Positions 20,781 to 29,911 are shown, counted from the stretch's first letter. The stretch: 32,000 bases of DNA from Vibrio vulnificus CMCP6 (GCF_000039765.1 NC_004460.2:240001-272000); one strand, 5' to 3'. The notes: generated by a model from the letters alone, not told the origin. Translations and numbers: made by a program.

Positions 20781-22232
20781 TTACGCCGTTTCTAACTGAC
20801 GCGTTTCTACGAGATTCAAACGCTCACCATAAATTGGACGCAACGCGTTCAGCACTTCTTGACGAGACACAACACCGGCAAACTTGCCATTTTCTAGAAC
20901 AGGCAGAACATGAGGCTTGTTCACTTTCATGCTTTTCGCACGTTCTTCAAGTGACAGTGATGTCATACGAGTAGCGATGCCCATGCTAGAGGTTGGGTAT
21001 AACTGCTCTTTGTCGATGCAAAGGAATTCAACCACATCGACCAAACGATCATTGACATCAATCGCGACCACGTCACGGCTCATCAAATCCACAACTTTTT
21101 GGCCTGTGCTTGGTAGGTAATCTTGGCACCAAAGATCAACCATGACATCGTGCGCAGAGAGGAAGCCGACGAGACGACCTTCAATATCAACCACAGGTGC
21201 ACTGATAATATGATTGTCTAAAAGAGTATCAAGTGCGGTTGCGATTGGCATTTCTACGCCTAGTACCACTGGTTGTGCATCCATGATGTCTCTAACTACT
21301 GCTGCGTTTTTCATAGTAAATTCCTTAACTGACGTAATGTGTGTTGTTTGTGTAATTGTGCTGATTTTTGCTGCTTTTAGTTCTGGGCGACGGTAGATAC
21401 ACCAGTTCGCTAAGCCGACTAACACAGCGCCGCCGACGATATTGCCCAAAGTCACGGGAATAAGGTTGGCAGTAATAAAGTGACCTACATTGAGGTCCGC
21501 ATATTGGCTTGCATTGGCTCCGACTTGTGCCCAAAACGCGTCTGGTGCAAAGTTGGCAATCACGATACCTAGTGGCACCATAAACATGTTGGCGACACAG
21601 TGCTCAAAACCGCTGCTGACAAACATGGCGACCGGCAACATGGTCATTACGGCTTTAGTCATCGCGTTGGCAGAACTGAACGTTAACCAAATAGCGAGAC
21701 AAACCAGCAGGTTACATAGCACCCCTAAAGAGAATGCTTGAATCGTGGTGTGGTGAAGTTTGTGCTGAGCAATATTCAACGCATTCAAACCCCATTGACC
21801 ACCGTCCATTTGGTATAAACCTGCACCTGTTACCAGAAGCAAAAGAAACATTGCACCGATAAAGTTACCGATATAAACCTTGCCCCAGATTGACAGCATT
21901 TTCGTAAAGCTGATTTGTTTGTTTGCCCACGAAATACTCGACAATACTGAACTGGTAAACAGTTCCCCCCCGCAGATCACGATCAGGATTAAGCCCATAC
22001 TGAAAGCCAAACCGCCAGCGAAGCGGCTAAGACCCCATCCCGCGTTGGCACTGCCTGTTGTCACCGTGATGTAGAAAAGAAATGCGAGACCGATAAAAGC
22101 GCCAGCCATAATCGCCAAACCTAACGTCATGGCGCTGGTTTTATTGGCTTTGCTGAGGGCAAATTTCTCGGCTTCTGCCATCATTTCTTTGGGTGAAAAG
22201 TATTGTGTGTTTTCAGAGGTAGCCACTGACAT
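20781..22232 (-). CDS. Formate/nitrite transporter (FNT) family channel with C-terminal CBS-domain pair
   Basis: FNT-like membrane portion (KTSAMTLGLAIMAGAFIGLAF...GGELFTSSVL...NLLVCLAIW...SSGFEHCVANMF) followed by CBS-like 'DIMDAQPVVLGVEMPIATALDTLLDNHIISAPVVDIEGRLVGFLSAHDV' and '...PHVLPVLENGKFAGVVSRQEVLNAL'. Confidence 0.92.
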   Translation of the reverse strand: MSVATSENTQYFSPKEMMAEAEKFALSKANKTSAMTLGLAIMAGAFIGLAFLFYITVTTGSANAGWGLSRFAGGLAFSMGLILIVICGGELFTSSVLSSISWANKQISFTKMLSIWGKVYIGNFIGAMFLLLLVTGAGLYQMDGGQWGLNALNIAQHKLHHTTIQAFSLGVLCNLLVCLAIWLTFSSANAMTKAVMTMLPVAMFVSSGFEHCVANMFMVPLGIVIANFAPDAFWAQVGANASQYADLNVGHFITANLIPVTLGNIVGGAVLVGLANWCIYRRPELKAAKISTITQTTHITSVKEFTMKNAAVVRDIMDAQPVVLGVEMPIATALDTLLDNHIISAPVVDIEGRLVGFLSAHDVMVDLWCQDYLPSTGQKVVDLMSRDVVAIDVNDRLVDVVEFLCIDKEQLYPTSSMGIATRMTSLSLEERAKSMKVNKPHVLPVLENGKFAGVVSRQEVLNALRPIYGERLNLVETRQLETA

Positions 22233-22390
22233 GTTGACTCCTTTTATCTGAGTTCATTGATACTCCTTAATATTGTTCTTGGTTATGTTGAAAGCCCTGA
22301 CGTTGTTAGTGAGTGCGGTGTTCCCGAACCGCACAATCAGATTAAGCGTTTGAACAGCTACAGGTAAAATTGATAATTTTTAGTTTTCTC

Positions 22391-22405
22391 ATCAAATTAT
22401 TTGAT
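22391..22405. promoter_or_regulatory. Inverted repeat, putative regulator binding site
   Basis: ATCAAAT-t-ATTTGAT, in the divergent FNT-CBS / LysR intergenic region. Confidence 0.45.
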
Positions 22406-22441
22406 ATGCCCAAAGAGAGGCGTAAAATGAAACCCATTGCT

Positions 22442-22454
22442 CATCAATTTGATG
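22442..22454. promoter_or_regulatory. Second inverted repeat with the same ATCAA..TTGAT half-sites
   Basis: CATCAA-t-TTGATG, centre about 50 bp from the first inverted repeat. Confidence 0.4.
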
Positions 22455-22483
22455 TATTGCTGTAGTAATTAGGGGAACAAAAC

Positions 22484-23389
22484 TTGCGTTATTCGTTAAA
22501 ACAGTTGGCCGTTTTTGATGCGGTCGCTGATACAGGAAGTGTGAGCCAAGCGGCTGACAAACTCGCTTTAACTCAATCGGCAACCAGTATGTCTCTTGCA
22601 CAATTAGAGAAGATGTTGGGCCGGCCTTTGTTTGAGCGACAAGGAAAACAAATGGCTTTGACCCATTGGGGCATGTGGTTAAGGCCAAAAGCGAAGCGAT
22701 TGCTCCAAGATGCTCAACAAATAGAAATGGGTTTCTACGAGCAACATTTATTGAGCGGAGAGATTCGTCTAGGGGCGAGTCAAACGCCTGCAGAACACCT
22801 TGTGCCAGACCTCATCAGCATAATTGATAATGACTTTCCTGAGATGCGTATCTCTCTTGGGGTGAAGAGTACCAATGGGGTTATCGAAGGCGTACTGGAT
22901 TACCGTTATGACTTAGGGATTATAGAAGGGCGCTGTGATGACAACCGTCTGCATCAAGAAGTTTGGTGCCGTGACCATTTAACCGTCGTTGCCTCCGCGA
23001 ATCACCCTTTTGCCAAACGTGAAACCGTGAGTTTGGCGCAGCTAGAACAAGCTCGATGGGTATTACGAGAACATGGCTCAGGTACGCGCAAGATTTTTGA
23101 TAGCTCGATTCACCATTTGGTTGAAGATCTTGATGTGTGGCGCGAATACGAGCACGTCCCGGTACTCAGAAGCTTGGTGGAAAACGGCTCCTATCTGACT
23201 TGCTTGCCTTATCTCGACGTAGAACGTCATATTGAGGCAGGAAGGTTGGTCGCACTGAATGTTCCGGACCTCCATATGGAGCGAACGCTCTCTTTTATAT
23301 GGCGCGCAGATATGGCGGAAAACCCGCTAGTGGAATGCATTAAGCGTGAAGGATTGCGAATGATGAAAGGAAAACCGTCGGTTTTATAA
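22484..23389 (+). CDS. LysR-family transcriptional regulator (YeiE/CysB-like appearance)
   Basis: N-terminal HTH 'LKQLAVFDAVADTGSVSQAADKLALTQSATSMSLAQLEKMLGRPLFER'; TTG start with AGGGGAA SD. Confidence 0.92.
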   Translation: MRYSLKQLAVFDAVADTGSVSQAADKLALTQSATSMSLAQLEKMLGRPLFERQGKQMALTHWGMWLRPKAKRLLQDAQQIEMGFYEQHLLSGEIRLGASQTPAEHLVPDLISIIDNDFPEMRISLGVKSTNGVIEGVLDYRYDLGIIEGRCDDNRLHQEVWCRDHLTVVASANHPFAKRETVSLAQLEQARWVLREHGSGTRKIFDSSIHHLVEDLDVWREYEHVPVLRSLVENGSYLTCLPYLDVERHIEAGRLVALNVPDLHMERTLSFIWRADMAENPLVECIKREGLRMMKGKPSVL

Positions 23390-23585
23390 GCGAAAAGCGA
23401 AATTAGGTTATTTTCTAAATCTGTTGATTTAACGGTTGCGTCATGTTTTACGTGCAACAGTTAAATTATTGCAACTCCATACGTGATCATTCTCATGTTT
23501 ATGTGGCGAAATTTCGCCTAGTATTCATTGCCTGATTGATATGTGAGTAGGCACAGGCCGCTCCAACAAGTTTGGGTTGCAAACA

Positions 23586-24059
23586 ATGAGTACATTAGTC
23601 GCTATATCATTAACTACCGGTATTTTGTCTGGATTGTGGGGATGGATTGCCATCTCACTGGGCCTTTTATCATGGGCGGGCTTTCTCGGTTGTACCAGCT
23701 ACTTCGCTTCACCTAATTCTGGGTTGAAAGGGCTAGCGGAAAGCTTGCTGACAAATATGTCTGGCGTTTTTTGGGCGATGGTCATCATATATGGCTCCAC
23801 GTATGCTGGCCTAGAAATCCTAGGTTATGTCATTACAGCCGTGGTGGCGTTTGCGATGTGCATTCAAGCGAAACAAACTTGGTTGGCCTATATACCCGGT
23901 ACTTTCATCGGTTCTTGTGCAACGTTTGCAGCAGATGGCAATTGGCAGCTGGTCGTGCCATCTCTGTTATTAGGCGGTGTGTTTGGATACTTGATGAAAG
24001 CCTCTGGCTTGTGGTTACACCAGAAATCAGCCGCTGCACAGCTTGCTCGACAAGCATGA
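23586..24059 (+). CDS. DUF1097-like inner-membrane protein
   Basis: About 157 aa, multiple TM segments, 'LLSWAGFLGCTSYFASP' and 'VVAFAMCIQAKQTWLAYIPGTFIGSCATFA'. Confidence 0.75.
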   Translation: MSTLVAISLTTGILSGLWGWIAISLGLLSWAGFLGCTSYFASPNSGLKGLAESLLTNMSGVFWAMVIIYGSTYAGLEILGYVITAVVAFAMCIQAKQTWLAYIPGTFIGSCATFAADGNWQLVVPSLLLGGVFGYLMKASGLWLHQKSAAAQLARQA

Positions 24060-24145
24060 GGTAGCCCCCCGATCTTATTTGTATCTAGAATGCTGAGTTT
24101 GAATCCCGCTTTGTATTCGCTATCAAAATTTATGATATTTGGTAC

Positions 24146-24172
24146 AAGCGCATCGTTTGATGCGCTTTTTTT
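24146..24172 (+). terminator. Intrinsic terminator
   Basis: AAGCGCATC-gttt-GATGCGCTTTTTTT. Confidence 0.85.
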
Positions 24173-24265
24173 ATTCCCGCTTATGTTTCAACTACTCTAT
24201 ATCTCTGTTGTTGCGCCCTTGGTGTATTCTTCGCCAACCAGACCGCGCCATAAGCTAAGCATGGG

Positions 24266-25897
24266 TTAGGTGTTGCCATTGGCCATGGTCACAATGCGCT
24301 TTAGTGTCCAGCGCAGTAATACAGGGATACACTCAATGCCATTTTCTTCACAGTGGGACACAATCGATAAGGCCAGATCGGGCTTGGCGTGCTTTTTCAA
24401 AACCTTGGTCACTACTTTTTTCGCTGGAATAGGGTGTTCATAAGGAATTTTGATGAGATCCTTAAAGAATTTATCAAAGCCATGATTATATAAAAAATGT
24501 TCTATGTCGTGATCGGGCAACTCGGTGAGTCGGTGACGTTCTTGATCGTGTCCGAGCATGCTTTTCACCGTCGCGGCGTATTTTTTACCTGCTGCGTCAC
24601 CATCGGTCACCACATGCCAATCAATCCCCATTGCTTTCGCTACTTTGAGCAGTGAGCGTAACCCGGATTGGGCAAACTCTATGATCTGCACGCCTTCTGC
24701 GGCGAGATTATAGCCACATTGATTGGCCAACTCATTGAACAACCAAACTTCCGTTTCCCCTTCCACCAGCAACCAGCAACGAGCAAATAGGGCCCCCGAA
24801 CGATGAAAACGGATATGGAAACCAATCCGCCGCAGCTCATCTACGCTAAAACGTTGCGGATGGATACTTTTTGCCACAGTTTTATCCGATTGCCGAATCA
24901 AGCGCCGAATAGAATGAAGTGGTACGGAGCCAAGCAATGCACCACTATTGGTGGTGAGGATTTTCTGCATCGGTAACATCTGCAGTAAACTCCACGCTCT
25001 GGCCAAATGAGTGGGGTGTAAACGGCCTTCTGGATCTTCGATGATCAAGATAGGGCGGGCGCAACGTCTGAGGTCGGCAGGCCCTTTGGCTTGCAGATAA
25101 GCGTTGAGCAATCCCATCAACAACAGGCGTGTTTGCTTATTGTTGGTTTCTTGTATGAACTGACTTAAGTTTTTGTCTGCCGAAGTGGCGTTATAAAACA
25201 GGCCATCACGAGGCTTTCGCGGATCATTTCGGTTGATGCTCTTAAAAGAGAAGTAGTGCTCAACCAGCGAATGCATTGAGTTTAAACTGCTGCGCATTTC
25301 CCCTTTGTTAACATGGCCAGGTATCGCCAATAAACGACGACAGGTATTGTCGATGCGTTTCTCGATGCGCGCATTTTTGCCGTTGGCATCGGATTTCAAC
25401 TCAGGGAATCGACGTGAATCTCGCAAGCGAATGACCGGATGCAGAGACATGAGCTCTTGAGCGATCTTTTCGGAGTGATGAAGCGCCTTGGTTGAACCGT
25501 CGTTATTTAAAAATGCATAGTGTGTCGTGATGTCGTAACCATCTCGGGTCGCACTAATGCGATAGAAGATTCGATGATCGCCATTGTCATCTTTACACCA
25601 CACTGGTTTTAAACGGCGGTAACGTCCTGCTTTTGTCTCGTGTCTATCGGTAGAGCGGAAGCAGAGCACAATTTGCAGATGCTGTGTTTGAGGATGAGAG
25701 ATGGAATAATCAACGTGAAAATCAGACATCTCGAATTGGTACAACTCAGCATCCGTTGGAAGAGCGACGGAAAGAGCGTCCAAAAGTGACGATTTGCCCC
25801 AAGTGTTTTCACCAATCAGGGTAGTGAGCTCATCAAAAGAAAGAGATAACCGCCGTATGCCGCGAAAACCGGAGATTTCAATTCGTTCTAAAAGCAT
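24266..25897 (-). CDS. OLD-family ATPase/TOPRIM nuclease-like protein (YbjD-like)
   Basis: N-terminal MLLERIEISGFRGIRRLSLSFDELTTLIGENTWGKSSLLDAL (RecF/OLD-type Walker A); 'PILIIEDPEGRLHPTH' Walker B; TOPRIM-like 'LLVEGETEVW' and 'VVTDGDAAGKKY'. Confidence 0.88.
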   Translation of the reverse strand: MLLERIEISGFRGIRRLSLSFDELTTLIGENTWGKSSLLDALSVALPTDAELYQFEMSDFHVDYSISHPQTQHLQIVLCFRSTDRHETKAGRYRRLKPVWCKDDNGDHRIFYRISATRDGYDITTHYAFLNNDGSTKALHHSEKIAQELMSLHPVIRLRDSRRFPELKSDANGKNARIEKRIDNTCRRLLAIPGHVNKGEMRSSLNSMHSLVEHYFSFKSINRNDPRKPRDGLFYNATSADKNLSQFIQETNNKQTRLLLMGLLNAYLQAKGPADLRRCARPILIIEDPEGRLHPTHLARAWSLLQMLPMQKILTTNSGALLGSVPLHSIRRLIRQSDKTVAKSIHPQRFSVDELRRIGFHIRFHRSGALFARCWLLVEGETEVWLFNELANQCGYNLAAEGVQIIEFAQSGLRSLLKVAKAMGIDWHVVTDGDAAGKKYAATVKSMLGHDQERHRLTELPDHDIEHFLYNHGFDKFFKDLIKIPYEHPIPAKKVVTKVLKKHAKPDLALSIVSHCEENGIECIPVLLRWTLKRIVTMANGNT

Positions 25898-26135
25898 AAC
25901 TCTCCTCCATGCGCGCCGTAATTATTTGAATGTAAAGTGAAAGGCGCTTATAGAAAGAATATGACAAAATTAAGCTGGCTGTTTGTTATGGTGTCACACT
26001 TTTCATTTGACTGATGATTTGTTGAGCAAATAGAGAAAGTTAGCTGTGATGCTTTACGCGCTCCCGATGATTTCTTTGCATAACAGTTTCATAAAATTCA
26101 CGATTCTGTCATCATTCTGCTCTAAGTATAAAGGG

Positions 26136-27881
26136 ATGAAGAAAGAGAAGGTGACTATGATAAAAACAAATAAGCCAGTCACGCTGAAACTGGCACACAT
26201 CAATGACACTCATTCCTACTTTGAGCCAACGTCATTACAACTCAAAATCCAACTCCAAGAAGCGCAAATCGAGCCTTACGTCAGTGCTGGTGGTTTCGCT
26301 CGCATTGCGACCCGCGCGCAACAAATCAAGCAAGAAGCAGAACGACAAAATAAAGGATTTCTATTTGTCCATGCGGGAGATTGTTTCCAAGGAACGCTCT
26401 ACTTTTCCCTGTTCAAAGGAAAAGCCAATGCCGATCTGCTCAACTCAATGGGTATTGATGCAATGGCTTTGGGTAACCACGAGTTAGATATGGGCAATGA
26501 GCCAGTGGCGCAGTTTGTCCGTCGGATTGATTTCCCATTGTTAGCAGGAAACTGGAATCTCAGCGCGGAGAGTGATGAGAAAACGCTAAAAATCAGTGAT
26601 GCCGACAATATTCGAAGCTTTGATACAGAAACGCGTACGGCGACCTATATCATCAAAGAAATCAACGGTGAGCCGGTCGCGCTGTTTGGTTTATCACTGG
26701 ATAAAATGGCAGACATTGCTAACCCAGATCCTGACACGCCTTTTGAGAATGCGGTTGAAACCGCAACGGCCACTGTGCGCTTGTTGCAATCACTGGGCAT
26801 TAATAAAATCATTTTACTCAGTCACTTAGGCTATGAGGGTGACATAGAACTTGCCAGCAAAGTATCGGGTATCGCTTTGATTGTTGGTGGTCATAGTCAT
26901 AGGTTACAGGGTGACTTTAGTGCAATTGGACTGGGTAAAGATGATGACTATGGTTTAAAAATTAACGATACCTATGTGGTTCAGGCAGGGTTTCATGCGC
27001 TCACTATGGGGCATTGTGAAATTGAGTTTGCCGCCGATGGCAGTGTAAAGCGCTTTGTTGGACGCAATGAGTTGTTGATTGGTCGACGCATGTTCTTAGA
27101 CCCAGGACTGAATCAGCAAAGTGATGAGGATTGGTACAATCAGGCCGCCGATTTTATTGATGGCCAATGTAATGTTGTTGTATGCAAGAAAGACCCTGAT
27201 ATTCAGCATCTGATGCAGAATAAATACATTCCGCGCGTACGTGAACTGCAAAAGACGATTATCGCGCATACCGATCGCGCACTTCGCCACGTTCGTATTC
27301 CCGATGAAGTCGGTCCCAGTGAACTGGCGCCAATGGTCGCGGCATCATTTGTTCATGCGTTAAACAAACGTCAACGTCAGGTTCAGTTTGCCATTCATAA
27401 TGCCGGTGGGGTAAGAAACTCACTAAATTCGGGCGATGTTTCGGTCGCCGATGTGGCTGGCAAATTACTGCCTTTTGCCGTTCCTATTGGTTGTTATGAC
27501 GTACAGGGGAAGACGATTGCCGCTGCATTAGAAGGGGCAATCAACAACGCAACCAATAATGGTGTAGAAGGAACCGGGTCGGGCAGTTACCCATACACTT
27601 ACGGATTAAGCTATCGCTATTGTCCGCAAAATCCAGCAGGCCATCGCATCGAAGCGTTGCAAATTTGTCTAGATGGGCGTTGGCAGCCAGTTTCTCCGTT
27701 ACAGTGGTATCGAGGCTGTTCATCTGCGTATACGATGAAAGGAAAAGAGGGCTACGAAGCGATACGCCAAATGAAAGGGGAAGGCTGGGTGAGTAATTTG
27801 TCCATGGCTGACTGTTTCATCGAGTATCTATCGGATTTGCCGAACGTGTTAAATCAACAAGATCGTGCTCGCCACGTCTAG
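26136..27881 (+). CDS. Bifunctional metallophosphatase/5'-nucleotidase family protein, no obvious signal peptide
   Basis: HINDTHS, GDCFQGT, GNHELD metallophosphoesterase motifs and a 5'-nucleotidase C-terminal domain (AIHNAGGVRNSLNSGDVS). Candidate ATG starts at 26136 and 26157. Confidence 0.9.
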   Translation: MKKEKVTMIKTNKPVTLKLAHINDTHSYFEPTSLQLKIQLQEAQIEPYVSAGGFARIATRAQQIKQEAERQNKGFLFVHAGDCFQGTLYFSLFKGKANADLLNSMGIDAMALGNHELDMGNEPVAQFVRRIDFPLLAGNWNLSAESDEKTLKISDADNIRSFDTETRTATYIIKEINGEPVALFGLSLDKMADIANPDPDTPFENAVETATATVRLLQSLGINKIILLSHLGYEGDIELASKVSGIALIVGGHSHRLQGDFSAIGLGKDDDYGLKINDTYVVQAGFHALTMGHCEIEFAADGSVKRFVGRNELLIGRRMFLDPGLNQQSDEDWYNQAADFIDGQCNVVVCKKDPDIQHLMQNKYIPRVRELQKTIIAHTDRALRHVRIPDEVGPSELAPMVAASFVHALNKRQRQVQFAIHNAGGVRNSLNSGDVSVADVAGKLLPFAVPIGCYDVQGKTIAAALEGAINNATNNGVEGTGSGSYPYTYGLSYRYCPQNPAGHRIEALQICLDGRWQPVSPLQWYRGCSSAYTMKGKEGYEAIRQMKGEGWVSNLSMADCFIEYLSDLPNVLNQQDRARHV

Positions 27882-27941
27882 TTCATCAAACTTGGTATAA
27901 ACTTTGCTCAGCTTCTTTGGCTTAACAGCGGGGGAGCGCTT

Positions 27942-28034
27942 ATGTGGAAAGATTGGATGGATACAGCGGTGGTGGTTGGGTGGATCGCAATTTGGTCAAC
28001 ACTTGTTTATCTCGTGCCGCTAAATGGTGTGTGA
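27942..28034 (+). CDS. Tiny single-TM ORF (30 aa), not in the supplied track
   Basis: MWKDWMDTAVVVGWIAIWSTLVYLVPLNGV; GGGGGAG SD-like sequence shortly upstream; lies between the nucleotidase gene and its terminator. Confidence 0.5.
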   Translation: MWKDWMDTAVVVGWIAIWSTLVYLVPLNGV

Positions 28035-28041
28035 GCCGCCT

Positions 28042-28080
28042 AAGAAAGAAACAAGGAGCGCTTTTGTGCTCCTTTCTTTT
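28042..28080 (+). terminator. Intrinsic terminator after the nucleotidase/small-ORF unit
   Basis: AAGGAGC...GCTCCTT stem with flanking AAGAAA/TTTCTTTT. Confidence 0.75.
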
Positions 28081-28154
28081 GTCAGGATAATGTCAAAATT
28101 ACCCAAACTTGCGCTTGGCATTAGCCTTGGAAGTTTTGTGGGATTACAATATCG

Positions 28155-28310
28155 AACGTTTGGGGAGTAGTTAGCGTAAGTTTATTTGTCGTCATCTCGT
28201 TAGGCCAAAGCCTTTCCGGCAAATAAAGGTGAGTTATCCTCTCTTTGTTTCTTTGTCATCAACAGAAACAGAGAAAGCATTCCAGTTCACTTCAACGAGA
28301 CCAACGCATT
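28155..28310 (+). promoter_or_regulatory. yybP-ykoY (Mn2+-sensing) riboswitch-like leader
   Basis: Conserved 5' segment CGTTTGGGGAGTAG and 3' segment CGAGACCAACG; P1 pairing CGTTTGG/CCAACG; internal GTCGTCATCT; located upstream of a TerC/Alx-family gene, the usual regulated gene class. Confidence 0.8.
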
Positions 28311-28357
28311 CATACACAGTACAGAATTAGGAACGATTCTGTGCCGATTTGTCATGT

Positions 28358-28395
28358 ATGCGGAAGGGCTCGGACGATTGGGTTTTCTTCCGCAT
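28358..28395 (+). promoter_or_regulatory. Hairpin abutting the Shine-Dalgarno of the TerC gene (possible expression platform)
   Basis: ATGCGGAAG (28358-28366) pairs perfectly with CTTCCGCAT (28387-28395); SD GGAGG begins at 28397. Confidence 0.6.
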
Positions 28396-28406
28396 TGGAG
28401 GAAATT

Positions 28407-29429
28407 ATGTCCCTATTCGACACCTCGTCATCTTTAATGTCCAATACTGATCTCATGTATGGCAGTTTTGCGCTGCTAACCATTGCGATGGTTTGCCTCG
28501 ATATTTGGCAAACGCGTGGTGGTGCCATTTCAATGAAGAAAGCGGTGGGCTGGAGCCTATTCTGGTTTTTGCTCGCGTTTCTGTTTGCGGCCACCATCTT
28601 CCATTTCTGGGATTTCTACGCGCCAGACAGCTTGTACACCCACCAAGAAGCAACGACGGCGTTCATTACTGGTTATATGCTCGAAAAATCGTTGAGTGTG
28701 GATAACTTGTTCGTGTTTGCCATCATCTTTGCCCAATACAAAGTCCCCGAGTCACTTAGACCTCGCGCTTTGCTCTGGGGGGTGATTGGCGCGTTAGTGT
28801 TACGTGCCCTGATGATTGCGGTAGGCGCTCAGTTGCTGGCTCAATACCATTGGATTCTTTACTTGTTTGCCGCTTTCCTCATCTGGACAGGGATTCAGCT
28901 CGCACGAGATAAAGAGGAAGAAGAAGAACTAAGTCCAATGCCAGAAAAGCTGATCAGACGCTTTTTCAACGTCACAAACGATTATCATGGCAACGCGGTA
29001 TTCACCCGAGAAAACGGTCAGTGGTGGGCAACCCCGATGTTGATTGTAATCGGAGTGATAGCCGTTATGGATGTGATGTTTGCGCTAGACTCCATTCCCG
29101 CAATTTTTGCGGTCACTCGTGAGCCGTTTTTGGTGTTAGCTGCCAATGTATTTGCGCTGTTGGGCTTACGTTCACTCTATTTTGTACTGCAAGCCATGAT
29201 CGATAAGTTCATCTATTTAAAGCCAGCTTTGGCTGTGATTATGATGTTTATTGGGGTCAAGATGCTGCTGGTAGGCACGGCGTATGAAATTCCGACCATC
29301 TGGTCGCTCTCATTCTTACTTATTGTGATGACAACGGCCGTTGTTGCCTCTGTTATTGCCAACAAAAAGGACATCGAAATGAATGAGAAAAGCCTGAAAA
29401 TATCTAATACAAATAATGCGGATTTATAA
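28407..29429 (+). CDS. TerC/Alx-family integral membrane protein (metal homeostasis)
   Basis: ATG at 28407 with GGAGG SD; 'TGYMLEKSLSVDNLFVFAIIF' and 'VIAVMDVMFALDSIPAIFAVTREPFLVLAANVFALLGLRSLYF' TerC signatures. Track start 28245 falls inside the leader RNA. Confidence 0.93.
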   Translation: MSLFDTSSSLMSNTDLMYGSFALLTIAMVCLDIWQTRGGAISMKKAVGWSLFWFLLAFLFAATIFHFWDFYAPDSLYTHQEATTAFITGYMLEKSLSVDNLFVFAIIFAQYKVPESLRPRALLWGVIGALVLRALMIAVGAQLLAQYHWILYLFAAFLIWTGIQLARDKEEEEELSPMPEKLIRRFFNVTNDYHGNAVFTRENGQWWATPMLIVIGVIAVMDVMFALDSIPAIFAVTREPFLVLAANVFALLGLRSLYFVLQAMIDKFIYLKPALAVIMMFIGVKMLLVGTAYEIPTIWSLSFLLIVMTTAVVASVIANKKDIEMNEKSLKISNTNNADL

Positions 29430-29703
29430 AGCCACTACCGCCAATGAAAATAAATTATGTAAACAAATTGTGACCCAAGGCCTTGATTGAGCGCTTTAAA
29501 ATGATGAATATGCAGACGAAGTAAGTTAATCTTGCATAAATATTCACCATTGAGTATTGTTTACGATTTTAATTTGTTACGCCATTGTTTCATTAGAAAA
29601 TGTAATCCGAATGTAGAAAAATAGTCATTTTTTGAGCGCAAAAAAAAGCACTAAGATTCAACCATCGAAACGAAGTACGTTGAAAGATTTAAGAGAGGCA
29701 ATC

Positions 29704-29895
29704 ATGGCACAAGCAATGCAAATGAATTCTGTAGCTTTACCAACCTCTATGGATAAGAAAACCTATTCGGTTAACTTCAAAGGATTGATTGCTCACCTAT
29801 TGGACATTCTTTTTGTAGACAACTCGACTCAGAGTAACTACTACGCAGATGAGCTACCAGTGCATCTACAAAAAGACATCGGTATGTACCGCTAA
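29704..29895 (+). CDS. Small hypothetical protein (63 aa)
   Basis: ATG at 29704 with AGAGAGG SD and a downstream terminator; MAQAMQMNSVALPTSMDKKTYSVNFKGLIAHLLDILFVDNSTQSNYYADELPVHLQKDIGMYR. Confidence 0.7.
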   Translation: MAQAMQMNSVALPTSMDKKTYSVNFKGLIAHLLDILFVDNSTQSNYYADELPVHLQKDIGMYR

Positions 29896-29911
29896 GTCTA
29901 ATCAAAAGTTG

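Noticed and set aside
24266-25897. OLD-family gene as evidence of an anti-phage defence island
   Set aside because: No UvrD-like helicase, RT, restriction or toxin-antitoxin genes next to it, and neighbours are metabolic genes, so it is not called as a defence system.
28245-28406. N-terminal extension of the TerC ORF (MFLCHQQKQRKHSSSLQRD...)
   Set aside because: It covers the riboswitch-like leader. ATG 28407 with GGAGG SD is clearly the better start.
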